Shown: piece by piece, positions 49,195 to 61,092 of the stretch
How the letters are laid out: every line of letters begins with the position of its first letter
Position numbering within the stretch: position 1 is the stretch's first letter
Assembly: GCA_038496445.1 (NCBI GenBank)
Contig: JALMLS010000232.1
Coordinates: 62,001 to 126,000 of the forward strand
Direction: 5' to 3'
From: Trichosphaerium sp. ATCC 40318
Taxonomy: Eukaryota; Protista; Tubulinea
Length of the DNA: 64,000 nt
Translations under genes and position numbers: made by a program
The notes under the pieces: generated by a model
Seen by the model: the letters and a program-made list of their open reading frames with translations, nothing else
Told to the model about the DNA's origin: nothing
Database searches by the model: none

Positions 49195-52100
49195 TTAAAC
49201 AAACTTTATTTTTTTAAACTTGATACGTTTAGGATCAAATCTTTTTCCTGTCCTTCTATACCTATCTTCTTGATATCCTTCGTAGTTTCCTTCATACACA
49301 TAAACCTTGTTATCATCTAAAAGCGTATGAGAAGGAGTACAACGCCAAAGAAAATGAAAAAAGTCGACAATCAAACAAAGCAAAAAAAGAAGAAAAACAG
49401 CGACTTGTCTTTCATCGATGTGTCTGTCTTTTACCTTCAAACGCGATGATATGTGTGCATATTCTATCCAAGAACCATCTGTCATGGCTAATAACAATAG
49501 CAGCTCCGGCAAAATCAGAAAGTGCCTCCTCTAGACTTCTCAATACATCGACATCGAGATCATTCGAAGGTTCATCCAAAAGTAAAACATTTGAACCAGT
49601 AGTAAGCATTTTCGCTAAATGAACTCTGTTTCTTTCACCTGAAAGAAGTAATAAAGGTTAATGTCCAAAAAGAAAAGTAGGGTTCAAGAACCAAAGAAAA
49701 AAAAAGGATTTTGAAGAAAAAATTATGTTTCTTTTCGTACCTCCACTCAAGAACTTAACAAGTGTATCTTGTTTATCTCCTTTAACATTAAAAGAAGATA
49801 GATAAGCTCTAACATGAATATCATCCTACAAAAAAATTAACACATCAAAAGGAAGTACGGATCTTTTTTTTTTTCTTCTTTTCACATAACTATGTTGAAA
49901 AAAAACCAAAAAAAAACACTTATGCTTCTCTGTATTGCTTGTACCTCTCCAAACTTTAAGTAATCACCATCCTGAGAAAGCTCGTCATATACAGAGCATT
50001 CTTCGTCCAAGTCATCACGCAACTGAGGCACAAAACCCAGCTGAACATTTGGAGCCAATTTACAGGTTCCTTTGTCAGGTTGTTCTTCACCTGTGAGAAT
50101 CCTAGCGAAGCAATTAGATAGTGTACTTTAATTTACAATATGTTGTAATACTACACACCTAAAGAGGGTGGATTTACCAGCACCATTTGGACCAATTATA
50201 CCAACAAGAGCACCAGGAGGAATATCAAAGTTGACATCTTTGAACAAAACGCCGCGATCCTCATATTCCTTTGATAAACCTCTTACAGATATAACAGGTA
50301 CGTCACTTCTAAACGGTTGAACTGAAGTTATTTCCATTAGCATAGGTGAACAACGACACCAAAAAAATAGGGAAGTTACCTGGAGGTATTAGTACTTGAC
50401 CAGGTGTGTATTTTCTGTTTTCTTGTGCTTTGCACAACTCATGGTATTTCTTAATACGTGCTTTACTCTTCGTCTATTTCAAAAAAATATTGTAAACATG
50501 ATGGTGTTACGCACGTGGAAGAACTTTCTTGAAAAAGAAAATATTACACTCTTTTGTTTTTTTGGATATTGGATTTTTTTGAAACTTACTTGTTGTGCTT
50601 TTGCACCTTGTCTGATCCAATCAAGTTCTTTGTCTAGTATTTTCTTTGTTTTTTTATCTTGTTTCTCTTCAAGTTCTAGACGTTCACGCTTTTTTCTTAA
50701 CCATTCTGAATAATTACCTTCATATCCGTATACCTTACCTGAACAGGAACAAACAATTAATTTAAACAAGGCAAGCACCTCTCCCAGTACGTACCACGAT
50801 CAACTTCCATAATCCAACCAGCAACATTATCGAGAAAGTATCTGTCATGCGTTACAGCAAGGACACAACCTCTATACTCTTTTAAAAACCTTTCTAGCCA
50901 TGCCACCTTGACAGAAAAAACACAATCAGTTAGACACCTCGCTAGCTCGTACGTACAGATTCAGCGTCAAGGTGATTTGTAGGTTCATCAAGAAGTAGAA
51001 CATCAGGTTTTGAAATAAGTTGCCTACATAAAGCAACACGCCTTTTTTCACCACCCGAAAGCTTCTCTACAGGTGTGCCTATGTTGTCTTAGTTTTCTGC
51101 AACAATGAAGTGTAGTTTATGGTCATACCTACTGGACAACGTAAAGCATCCATAGCTCTTCTAATTGTACTAGGTAGTTTAAGAGCGCCAGCTGTTTTAC
51201 ACCGTTGTTTCACATCAGCAAATTTTTGCTTTAATTCCTCATCTTCTGGATTCTCTTCCAAGTCCTCTTCTGTGCGCAAGTACTCATCTAATAATTTTGC
51301 TTGCTCTGGTACACCCTTTAGGTGTTGTAAATTAACTGAACAGTAAAAAAAATCACGTGCTATGAAAGACGTACAGTGAGAATATTTTCGTAAACGTCAA
51401 GCTCCTCGTCAAGTCCGGGTTCCTTTTTTTGTTACTTTTGTTCACCACCATGACTTTGTTTAACGTACTTGAGGTAAGTAACCAACTGTACAGTTTTGTA
51501 GTGGTTTCGCTACTCCATCAAAATCTTTATCGACACCAGCAATGATCTTCATCAAAGACGATTTACCAGCGCCTATTAAAAAAAATTAACTTTTTGATAA
51601 GAAATCGATTTTGGTTGCTTGTCGCACCATTTACACCAAGAATACCAAGCTTAGCTCCTTGTAAGAGTTGTAGGCTTACATTTTCAAATAACATTTTACC
51701 AGTATCAAGCTGTTTAGACACGTTTTGCAATTGATAACAAAACTTTCCTTTTTATGAGCTTAAAAAACCGTATACAATCAAAGTAAAGTTATCTATGACG
51801 TTACCTGGAACACCATAACCAGGTGGTCGCTTTTGTTTTTTAGTGGCAGAGCCTTTTGCGGCTTTTGGTGTCTACTGAATTTAAGTATTTGTATTACTCG
51901 TAGATGTATATAGTACAACGTATTACGCTTCATTAGGGCTTTTTTATCGTCGTACCTTATTGGTATAGATTGCTGATCCGCCACCTCCTGATTTCCTCAC
52001 CATGTCAACGTCTCTGCTTCTACAATGCGTTAACATGGCTCGGTTGTGGTTTTTTATTACTTTTCTTCAACAACAGCCTCGTTTTTCTTTGGTGATCTTC

Positions 52101-52316
52101 TTTTAACTGTGCTATGTTATTTTATGCTTTATAACACATAGACTTACATTTTTTCCATCTTTGCGCTCCTACAAGCGTAAAAGGTGACGAGTTGCCATAT
52201 AATGCACTTTTTTGGCTGTCTGGCAGTGTGGTAATAATTTTATGGTTCTCAGTCGTTCTAATGCTACGACGAAGCACCGAACGCCTACACTGCGCCCTAA
52301 AAACAAGCGAGTGCAT
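49195..52316 (-). CDS. ettA: EttA-like ABC-F translation factor with an N-terminal mitochondrial-type presequence
   Basis: Two ABC cassettes ([32 protein letters not shown]; [31 protein letters not shown]); [13 protein letters not shown]; C-terminal PKRIKFKK. Confidence 0.9.
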
Positions 52317-52500
52317 GTTTCACGCCGTTGAATTCAACAGGATGTACGTGTACTAGCCAGAAATTTCGCATCATTTCAAATGTCATACTAACGTCTCTAA
52401 TAACCTTGTTTCAAGCGTGGCTATGCTCCCTTGTTCACTGTCACCCAGAAAAAGACTTAGGGGTAGTTAAGCTCTTATTTTTGATAAAACCGCTGATAGC

Positions 52501-53733
52501 ATGAGTGAAAAACCTCAAATCATATATTCCGCTATCTCAAGGGGTACTACGGTACTTGCAGAGCATTCAGCGGCTAAAGGTGAGCGCATTCACCAAACCA
52601 CTACTAAAAGTTTAAAAGGTAATTTCCCGCAGGTAGCCGCTAGCTTGTTGGGAAAGATAGCGCCGGATGTTCCAGATGAGCGTAAAAGAATTACAGTCAA
52701 ATACGACGCAAATGTGTCGTTTTCTTTTGTTATTGAGCGTGAAATGATATATATGTGTATGAGAGATAACGGTTTGAGCACAGAGCGTGTTTTTAGTTAT
52801 TTGGACAAAATATCGAGCTCATTCAAATCAAAATACGGAGACAGTACGCTCATTACTATTTAATATCCAAATTAGTATTTTTTGCTGGGTTTTTTGTACA
52901 AACGCAATGTAGGCATCTATACTGCGCCTGCTTTAACAATGGACGACGGGTTTTCAAGAGAAATGCAACAAAAAATGGTACGGAACAACCGACATACTTT
53001 CTCTTGTCTTAGCGTGTTTGTTGCTAGGAGTACTACTCGTTTAACCCTAATGCTGACAGAATTGGCGCTGTCAACCAAAGGATAGATGCAGCAAAAGAGG
53101 TTTTGCATGAGAATATCAATAAGATCCTAGAAAGAGGTGAAGTTATCACAATACTAGTAGAAAAAACAGAACAGATGCAGGCACGTTCCTCCCACTCGAA
53201 AAAAAAAAATAGTTCTGCAACTGTTAGTTGAATTTGATTTGTGCTTTAAAACGTGTCCTACGCGTATTCGCCAAGTGCCCATGATGGATCAAACTAACTT
53301 TCATACTTAGGAGACGAGTTTTAAGTTTAAAGCCAAATCTACGCAGTTGAAGAGACACTATTGGTGGAAAAACGTCAAGCTCTGGATAGCTGTAGCAGTA
53401 GTGTGTTTGGTACGTTAATTAAACTAGCATATAGTGGACTCCACAGTGAGTAAATCCGAAGAAAAGTCAAGTGGCACATCTATAACGCATTCTTTTATTT
53501 GAAAAAAAAGCTGACAAGCTGTCAATTTCCATCAAAGTTAACTCTCCCTTTAGATATTATTGTGGCTCATTATTACATTCGCTTGTGGTGGTTTTACATA
53601 CTCTAGATGTAGAAGTAAGGGTGGTAGTTCTCCGTCTGGAACATCAGCGCCTTTTGCACCTCCAACAGCACCTCCAACAGCGGTTCCAACAGCAGTTCCA
53701 ACAGTGGCACCAACAGCAGCGCCTATGTCATGA
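52501..53733 (+). CDS. VAMP7: VAMP7-like longin R-SNARE with a Pro/Thr/Ala-rich C-terminal extension
   Basis: IIYSAISRGTTVLAEH..GNF; ENINKILERGE; YWWKNVKL; transmembrane helix then CGG. Confidence 0.9.
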
Positions 53734-54850
53734 GTGTATGCTGTAATGATAATCACTACTTCTTGTAAAGACGTAGTATCCTCTTTTTTGTACCAAAAAA
53801 AATTCGAAAAAAACACCAATTTCAGTATTCTTTGTATATCGGCGTACAAAGGTTATCTATTTAAACTGCTAAGACGATATTGTTACAATTATGGAGAATA
53901 ACATTACCCAAGTGTCAACGTGTAAATGCGCTGTTTTCTCTGAGGAGTGGTTACACTGCATCGAGGTATCAAAGATTCAAAATGAAAGTACATTGCTAAG
54001 TACTCAAAGCCCTTACTCACTGCAATAATAACTGAAATAGTACATACAACGGCTTGAGCTTGTGTTGCACCGATAAAATGGACTATCGTAAAATGGTAAA
54101 CTGTAGGGACCACCACAATGGCTGACAATTTGTGAGCGAAGGTCATTTTCTTGTCCCAAGCGAACAGCCAGGCCCAACTGAAACCGAATAGAGCCCTCTA
54201 GCTTACATTCGTTGTCTCACACTCCCATAATAACCATCAACTCTCAGTAGACTCGGTGACGATTACACCGTCGTAGGTAAAAGTATGATAGGTGCAAACT
54301 TTACAACTGCAAGAGTTGTTGTGATCTGGTTTTGTTTCTTTCCATGCTTTATGCTTGTTTCTTTTTCGTGGCTTCAACTAACACACTCTTACACTCAAAA
54401 CAAAGATAAACCGTCACAGTTTGATTTTACCTATTTGGGAATTATAAAAAAAAACAAGCAAAAGGGTGTCACCGTTTTTCAACCAACTTAGTTGCACAAC
54501 ATGCGAACAGAAGACATACCGAAAAAGTCCGTGTTTAACTTACACACGTAAACTCCGTTTAGGTGTTTTGATCTAAACCGTACAACAAATGCGACGTGGC
54601 CACTATAGAGTTAGAAAATGCGGTTTGAAAGCGTCTTCCAAAAATTCTAAATTAGAAATTGCGTCATATTTTGTGTGTTGATGTTCTTTTCCTTCTTTGT
54701 AACCATAATTACACTTTTCAACTAGTTATCCATTCTCTAAAAACTTGGTGCCGTTTTCCTAATACGGACATATGACACGATAATGTAACGTTACATGTTT
54801 GAATCTCAAACTCAAAAAACACAACTTTATCCCGAAGACAACAACACAAT

Positions 54851-55447
54851 ATGGGATTCTTAACAAAACGTACGTTGTGGAGACTGACTGATATTACTCT
54901 CAAGTTTACCATTACGCTTGTATTAGCTAACGCTAAGCCTCTTTAGGTAGAAACTCAAAAGCAAAGAGCCTCGCTTATGGTGGCGCGTGTGAGTGCAGTA
55001 ACTGTGGAAACAAGCTATCTGTTAGTATCTCAACATTAAAAAAATACAAGTAAGTGTTCATCCTTCGAAAAGAAACAATTCTTCCCTCGCCCACCTTGTG
55101 GTTTTTTTTTTCTTACAATTGTGTAGTTATAAGTCGTCAAATAATACTCAAACTATAACAGACTATTACGTGGTGTGTGAAAACAAGGTAACTAGAGATA
55201 CCGTGAACCAAGATACTTGAACTAACAACCGTTTGAATAGGCTTGCAAGAACAGAATTCTAATTATCGCGTCAGAGATTTTAACTCATTGTAACACAATA
55301 ATGGTAGGTGGTGCTATACCTAAATACGTTGCTAGTACTGTACCTTTATCAGAATATCCAGGTACTTATCACATTACTTTACTTAGTGCTAATATATTCC
55401 CAGGAAATAGTTTTGTATACAAGAACGCGTTGATGTTAAAATCCTGA
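54851..55447 (+). CDS. Small five-exon protein (~130 aa) with a putative zinc ribbon
   Basis: Four GT-AG introns keep the frame: MGFLTKRRNSK..CECSNCGNKL..YYVVCENKACKNRI..LMLKS*. Confidence 0.6.
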
Positions 55448-55741
55448 GAAAACCAGGCTATGGTTTTCTCAAACCTGTCCATTTCCTTGTACCCCATTAG
55501 AAAAAATTTGTAAAAAAGCACTTTGTAATAAATAAAGAAGAATATAAATACTCAAGTTTCTGTCATCAATCAATCAAGCGTTTGTAATGTTTGAAATCCG
55601 CTCTCACACGAGTACGAAACAGTTTGGCTTTTTCCTCTTAATTGTTGATTTTGCAATTCTGACAGTACGTAACTTTTGTTTTTCTCCACGGCTTAAACGT
55701 GCGTTAAGTTCACGTAGTCTTACAAACCACAATCACGCACA

Positions 55742-56738
55742 ATGGATCCCGATTTACAAGCTAAACTGGCGCGCAGGCAAAATGCAGACGCTGGGGGTAT
55801 ACAAGTCTATTAATACTACACTACAACGATTTAATGTTTGTAAGGTAACATGCCATCTCAAAAGCGCTTTAATCCGTACACTGAGTTCCCGGACCTCACG
55901 AGAAAAGAAATAAGGCAAGTCGAGTGATAACGAAACGTTATTTAATCAACGCTCACATTCGTTACAGAGAGTACGAAGCGACATTTAAAAAGTATGACAC
56001 CGGTAAGGACGGCTTTCTAGATTTACAAGAGCTCAAGGTATGCGTGCAAATAACACTAGGATTAGTACTAACGTTAGCATAGTACATGATGGAGAAGCTA
56101 GGACATCCTCAAACACATGTACGTATAGCAACTCGCTAGACACGCCGTTGACGCTCTTAGATTGCTCTCAAAGCCATGATAAAGGAAGTAGACGAGGTAC
56201 AAACAACAAACTCTTGATTTCCACACCAAATAGCTTCTACTGCAATCTCAATGCATTATACTACCACTTCAAGTATATTCAAGCCAACCAATCTTTTTTT
56301 AACTTACAAAAACGGAAAATCAGTTCCGGTCGTTACAAAACATTATAATTACGCTCGTTTAGGACTACGATGGCTTGATTTCGCTCCGAGAGTTCTTACT
56401 TATCTTCTATAAAGCAACAAAGGGTACACTTCAATCTCAAGGTCTCAAACACTTGGCAAAGGAAGTAGATGTAGACAAGGAAGGCGTAGGTGGCGCTAAA
56501 AACTTTTTTGAAGCAAAGATAAATGCTCAAGCGAGAGATAAAAGGTAACGACGAAGTTCTGGATATTTTTAGCATTTTTTTTAAATTAATTCGTACCGAT
56601 TTGTATAATTTTTCGTTAACGTCTGTTTGTAGGAATGAAGATGAGATTAAAGCAGAGCAAGCTGAGAAGAGAGAAGAAAAGAAGCAAGCTGCAGCTAGAA
56701 AAGCAAACTTTAAGGCTAAATTCGCCGCTTTTCAGTAA
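55742..56738 (+). CDS. EFHD2: Swiprosin/EFHD-like EF-hand protein
   Basis: FNPYTEFP, LQELKYMMEKLGHPQTHIALKAMIKEVDEDYDG.ISLREFLLIF, GVGGAKNFFEAK, FKAKFAAFQ. Confidence 0.95.
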
Positions 56739-57150
56739 TAAAAACACCTGTCATGATTTAAATCTCATTGATTATTGTTGAGCGTACTAGACATGTTTTC
56801 TGTTAATGAAACTTCTTTGCCGGTTTTAACTTGTCTGTCACGATTATGGGCAACAGCGCTACAGTAAACCCTTTTCGAAATTCAATGTATGCATAGCAGA
56901 CATCGTTTTGTGTTTAAGAAAACCCATCTTTTGGTGACGTAACTTTTTAAATCAAGTGAGTTTTCTTTCAATATTCTGTTTTAAAGAAATATTTCTACCG
57001 AAACTTTTAAAATCATACTGCGTTAGTATCGTATTTAAATACTATCAGTAGTTCTTGAAGACAATACGCAAAACCACAATTTTTTTTTTCTACAATCAAA
57101 TCAGTACAAAAATGTATTTTCCTGTTTTGTCACTGAGGAACTGCGCAATT

Positions 57151-57529
57151 GCCGGTGAACTGCTCATGTCGGGTTATAACTTTATCTGTTTATAAGATTA
57201 AAGCTCCCTCTGCTTTGGGATGTGTGTATCCACATGCGGCTATCATCAAAGGCTTTCATGCGAATTCAGTTCACTCACTCTGGGTGCTCCAATGTCGACT
57301 ATGTGTGATTAAATTCAGCTTCTAACTACAAAATACTATTTCTGCGGATCATACAACTACTATAAACCTTGATCCGCAGACCTATTGAATGCTGTACGGA
57401 CTCGCCTAACAACTACTCAACTACTCAGCCTGGTAAAAAATCTATGGATTGGTTCTCTAATTGAAAGAGACCTCTATTACCTACCTTTGGCGAGTCCGAA
57501 AGTCCACATCGACTCAATCACCTTTTTTT
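57151..57529. ncRNA. Candidate structured non-coding RNA of unknown family (~370 nt); strand unresolved
   Basis: Several perfect 8-11 bp nested helices, higher GC than the flanks, followed by T7 tracts on the + strand; no convincing ORF. Confidence 0.55.
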
Positions 57530-57745
57530 GTTTTTTTGCAAATAAAAAAGACAGTTCACTCGCTATCAGCATATGTAGGCTACTATTATAATACCTTTTT
57601 CAGGAACATAAATTTTGGTAGCTTTCACGTGTTCTCTATGAGCATTAATCAATAATATCCACGAAAACTTCGGAGAAAGTCAGAAAAAAGATAATGCAGA
57701 GTCAAGTAGGCTACAAGTACATCTATTAACAACTTTTTTATGCGA

Positions 57746-59201
57746 TTACTCTAGTTTTAGTTCGTCACTATCAACATCACTACTCAGATGAAGGGACCAA
57801 TCGTCGCTGTCACTTGAAGATGTGCACGTGTCATAACCCTGTTTTTTTGGATAAGTTGTTTGTTTTTCGAAAATCAAAAGAATTTTATTTCTAAAGTAAC
57901 ACTAGGATGAACGTACTTGTGCCCGTAAGTTTGCCGCTCTCATTTTACGTATTTTTAATTTTTCAATCTTTTTGGCCTTTCTCGCATTTATGAATAATTC
58001 ACCTACAGGCTCAAATCCCCAAGAAAGAATACCTAACCAAATTATTAAGTATTCGTAAGGTCCACTCCAAACACCAATTCTAAACTTACCAGCAGGTACT
58101 GCAAACATTGCAATACTTAATACAACAGATATAGCAACAACAATTTTTCCAGGCTCAGAAACTAAAACAGGGATAAACATGTAGGTGAGCAACAAGCTGT
58201 TGCAAAAAACAACATTTGAAAAAACAACACCATAAAACTTTCAAGAACTTACCGTCTTCTGGTACACCTTGACCTGTTACAAGTAATACTGCTATAAACA
58301 TAACCTTTGGTATGCTATCATAATTCGGATTTAATGGTTGGTATGAGTGTTCAACCATGTATAAAATTGTTGCTTGAATGATAAAGACGTAAACAGCTAG
58401 TAAAGTAGTAACACACAAAATCTCCCTAGTTTTTGTTAGACTGAAGTTACATAATTATTGATTTGTACCTGTTATTCTTTAGTACAGATGTTAGAAGCGT
58501 TATGGCATGTGTCTTTCTGTCAATTTTAAGGAGTTTCAAGATACGAACAATTCTAACAGCAGAAATAAAAGCAATACCAGTATCTCTTGCAATTATTAGA
58601 TTTACCCAGTACGGAACTACTGCAAGAAGATCCAGTAAGGCAAGAACAGTTACCATGTATCTTAGCCTACCTTTTAAACCAAAAATTAGTACCACAAAGA
58701 GCAAAAGAAACTCAAAAGTCTCAGAAATCGTAAAAAAGCTCGAAGTGTCATTTTGACACATTGCAATTTTTCTTTTTTTTTTCTTTGTTCCTTTTTTGTG
58801 TACCTAGTACAACACCCTTTTGACGATACGTTGTCTCTTCAATACAGCACCATACACGAATGAAATACTCAACAGTAAAGAGTATTGAACTGATATCTTG
58901 TACAAGATCCATCCAATATTGGTTTTTTTCGTACAAAGGCTCTACAGTCGCTAGAACATAAAGCACTGTGTTGAGTACTATCAACGACTAACCGTTTAAT
59001 AAATATTTGGCTCTATTTCAATAAGCGCTTTAAACGAACGTACAGTAATAATAATATCTGTACACAGATGCCAAGGGTAAATTTTAGCCTCCAAAAGGTC
59101 GTTTGTAAGACGTCTAAGTTTTAGATACTTGCTATATTCCGTAAATAGTGTATTTTGAGTGTTATTGCGAACCTGAGCCAAGACGAGCGTTCGTTTTCCA
59201 T
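57746..59201 (-). CDS. 6TM voltage-gated K+ channel-like protein with a non-canonical filter
   Basis: S1-S3 LIVLN..LFTVEYFIRVW..LLDLLAVVPY; S4 SAVRIVRILKLLKIDR; pore YDSIPKVMFIAVLLVTGQGVP; S6 AMFAVPAGILSWGF. Confidence 0.88.
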
Positions 59202-59342
59202 CAAATTGTCGACTTTATGCTTGAAACACAGAAAGTGGCACTAAAGACCGCGGGATGTTGTTCGTTAGGTTAATTTAGAGCAAATTAAAGCGTCGTTAAG
59301 TCACATGCAGACTGTAAGAATTTTGCAACGTTACACTTCGCA

Positions 59343-60754
59343 ATGGCCGAACAAGCTGCTCCGACGCAAGAAAAACCTCCTGTAGCACCACAACAGACGT
59401 ACAAAAAATTGTAGCAAGCATTAGTGTATGTTAACTTCTACTTTAGCTCTAGTTGGTGGGGATCAATTGTAAATACAGTAAGCGCAACCGTACGTTACTT
59501 TATGTGGAGTATTTTACAAAATTCACACCAATGCTATAGGGTAACTCTATATACGATGCCTGTAAAGAAGACCTAAAGGAATTTGGTACAGTCCTAAAAA
59601 ACGACACGTCCAAGTTTGTGAGCGAGCGTCAACCAGAAAAACTGGCTAACTCTGTAACATTTGGCGTCGCCTCTTCAATTACAAGCGTTTGGGGTACATA
59701 AATTTACAAATACTTCCGAAGTGTCTCAGTCTGATTTAAAATAGGCTCCATCGTGTCCCCGAATAACACAACGTACGTTACGCGTAGTTTAGGGTTGTTT
59801 TACATAAATTCTAAAACTTGACATCTTAGACAAAACCCTTCACTTCTTTCTCCTTCTAAAGAGTATAAAAACCTGGAAAATGATGCAGACTTTATAAAAT
59901 GGCAAAAGACTTTCGATTTTGATAACAAGACGAAGGAGATTGCTCAAATTCTTGCGGAGAATAAAGATATACAGGATTTACATGAAAATTTAGGTATCCA
60001 ACTTTGAACAAGTTTTCTGAACTTTGAGTCTTATTCTATGTTGTAGTACCATCTACTATGTCTCCAAGAGACTTCTGGGAACGTTATTTTTATAGAGTTG
60101 AAAAACAGGAGAGGGATGGAAAGCGACGAGAGAAGTTGAAGCAAAGTGCGTTTGTCTTTTTTCTTCATTCCTTTTTTGGCTCGCAATAAAAAAGTTCGCA
60201 ACAGAGCTCACAAACTACTTCTGCAGCACCCTTGACGTGATTTTTGCATTTTATATTTCTGTCAAATCCATGAACTAAAAGGAGAGCTACACCATTAGAA
60301 CTGTATTTTGCGAGGAATGTAGTTTTCTTATTTTGTTTTAGTGGCTGAGAGTATTTCTGAAACTGAGACTGAACAAATCGACTTTGACTGGGACGATGAT
60401 GACGAAGACGAAGAACAAAAAGACGAAGTTGTTGAAGAAAAGGAGCCCGAAGTAACGGTTGTACCTAGTAATGAAACAGAAGACGAAGACAATAAATTAA
60501 AGCAAGAAGAACATAAAACTCCTAAACTGCAATCTGAAGTTACCACTGAAGGTACATACTGCTAAGTGTATTTAAATTAATGACGTATGAAAGTAGATGA
60601 TGATATCGCTGATACAAGCGTCGAAAAAGAAACCACAGATGAGATTAAAGAAGAACCAGAAGGCGAAGATGAAAAAGAAGAAAATAAAGATAAGACTGTA
60701 GAAGAGGAACAACAAGAAGCAGATAGTGATGACGAAGTATTTAATTGGAGCTAA
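59343..60754 (+). CDS. BSD-domain protein (BSDC1-like) with acidic tail
   Basis: SSWWGS..KEDLKEF; EIAQILAEN..LVPSTMSPRDFWERYFYRV; acidic tail ending FNWS. Confidence 0.85.
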
Positions 60755-61092
60755 AAATATACATTAAACGCCATCTCATGTACATAGTGAATAGAAATTC
60801 TAAACAAATGCCTTAGTGCTCCAAAACAGTATTATTGTTTTTGTATTTTTTGAGAAATTCCACGTTGACAAATGTATGACACCCACGACTTAGTGTGACC
60901 TCTAGAAATCGTTTTCACTGATTAGCACACACTTATAACTCTAAGTTACTGTCATACTGCGACACGGTGTTCATCAAGTTATCGACGGACACAGTGTTAA
61001 AAGCACAAGCATTTACTTTCGTGGACTTGATTAATTTTGTTTCAATGAACGTAACACTACCAAATGTTACAAACAATAAAAGGAGAACCGGA

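Noticed and set aside
53900-54280. Minus-strand exon-like fragment (IWAWLFAWDKKMTF..)
   Set aside because: Upstream in-frame stop, no recognisable family
57340-57600. RNase MRP/P (GAAAGTCC at 57498), group I intron or hammerhead ribozyme identity for the structured element
   Set aside because: The GAAAGUCC lies at the 3' end just before T-tracts, with no proper CR-V partner; there is no P3/P7 pseudoknot or host exon; there is no CUGANGA core
7243-60546. Many ORF-track entries (e.g. 7243-7530, 16410-16874, 33742-34194, 46343-46591, 47867-48355, 53550-53849, 60328-60546)
   Set aside because: Antisense or alternate-frame shadows of real exons and low-complexity tracts
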